In this document: positions 16,136 to 16,136 of the stretch, piece after piece | Numbering within the stretch: position 1 is the stretch's first letter | Layout of the letters: each line of letters starts with the position of its first letter | DNA from: Armatimonadota bacterium | Lineage (GTDB): Bacteria; Sysuimicrobiota; Sysuimicrobiia; Sysuimicrobiales; Kaftiobacteriaceae | NCBI GenBank assembly: GCA_037440005.1 | Contig: JBBIUY010000048.1 | Location: forward strand, 1 to 16,136 | Direction of reading: 5' to 3' | Length of the DNA: 16,136 nucleotides | Program-made: the position numbers and the translations under genes | The notes under the pieces: model-generated | The model's input: the letters and a program-made list of their open reading frames with translations, nothing else | What the model was told of the DNA's origin: nothing | Database searches by the model: none

Positions 16136-16136
16136 G

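Noticed and set aside
1..16136. CRISPR array, tRNA, rRNA; firm taxonomic assignment
   Set aside because: No spaced repeats or structural RNA signatures were seen. High GC and the Sat zinc site are not diagnostic of lineage.

Overview
High-GC bacterial window. It starts with the 3' end of an IS110-family transposase and a structured 3' non-coding region resembling a bridge/seekRNA. Its loop sequences match the element's own end and the adjacent flank, which looks like half of a GGGGTC-N-GACCC REP-like palindrome. A tightly packed + strand surface-glycan locus follows: a CysP-type sulfate permease, a Wzx-like flippase, two cytoplasmic alkaline-phosphatase-superfamily (NPP-like, Thr-nucleophile) enzymes, two GT4 glycosyltransferases, a Wzy/GT-C-like membrane protein, APS kinase (CysC) with a C-terminal RHH-like/'LxxLGY' extension, ATP sulfurylase (Sat) and an ArnT-like GT. 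The locus imports sulfate and makes PAPS, but this window has no canonical sulfotransferase and no reductive assimilation genes. The NPP-like pair are therefore candidate unconventional glycan sulfotransferases (hypothesis). Converging from the right on the - strand are a partial GT2 gene and an O-antigen-ligase-like/LpxB-related fusion ORF. All family calls come from recalled motifs; no searches were run.
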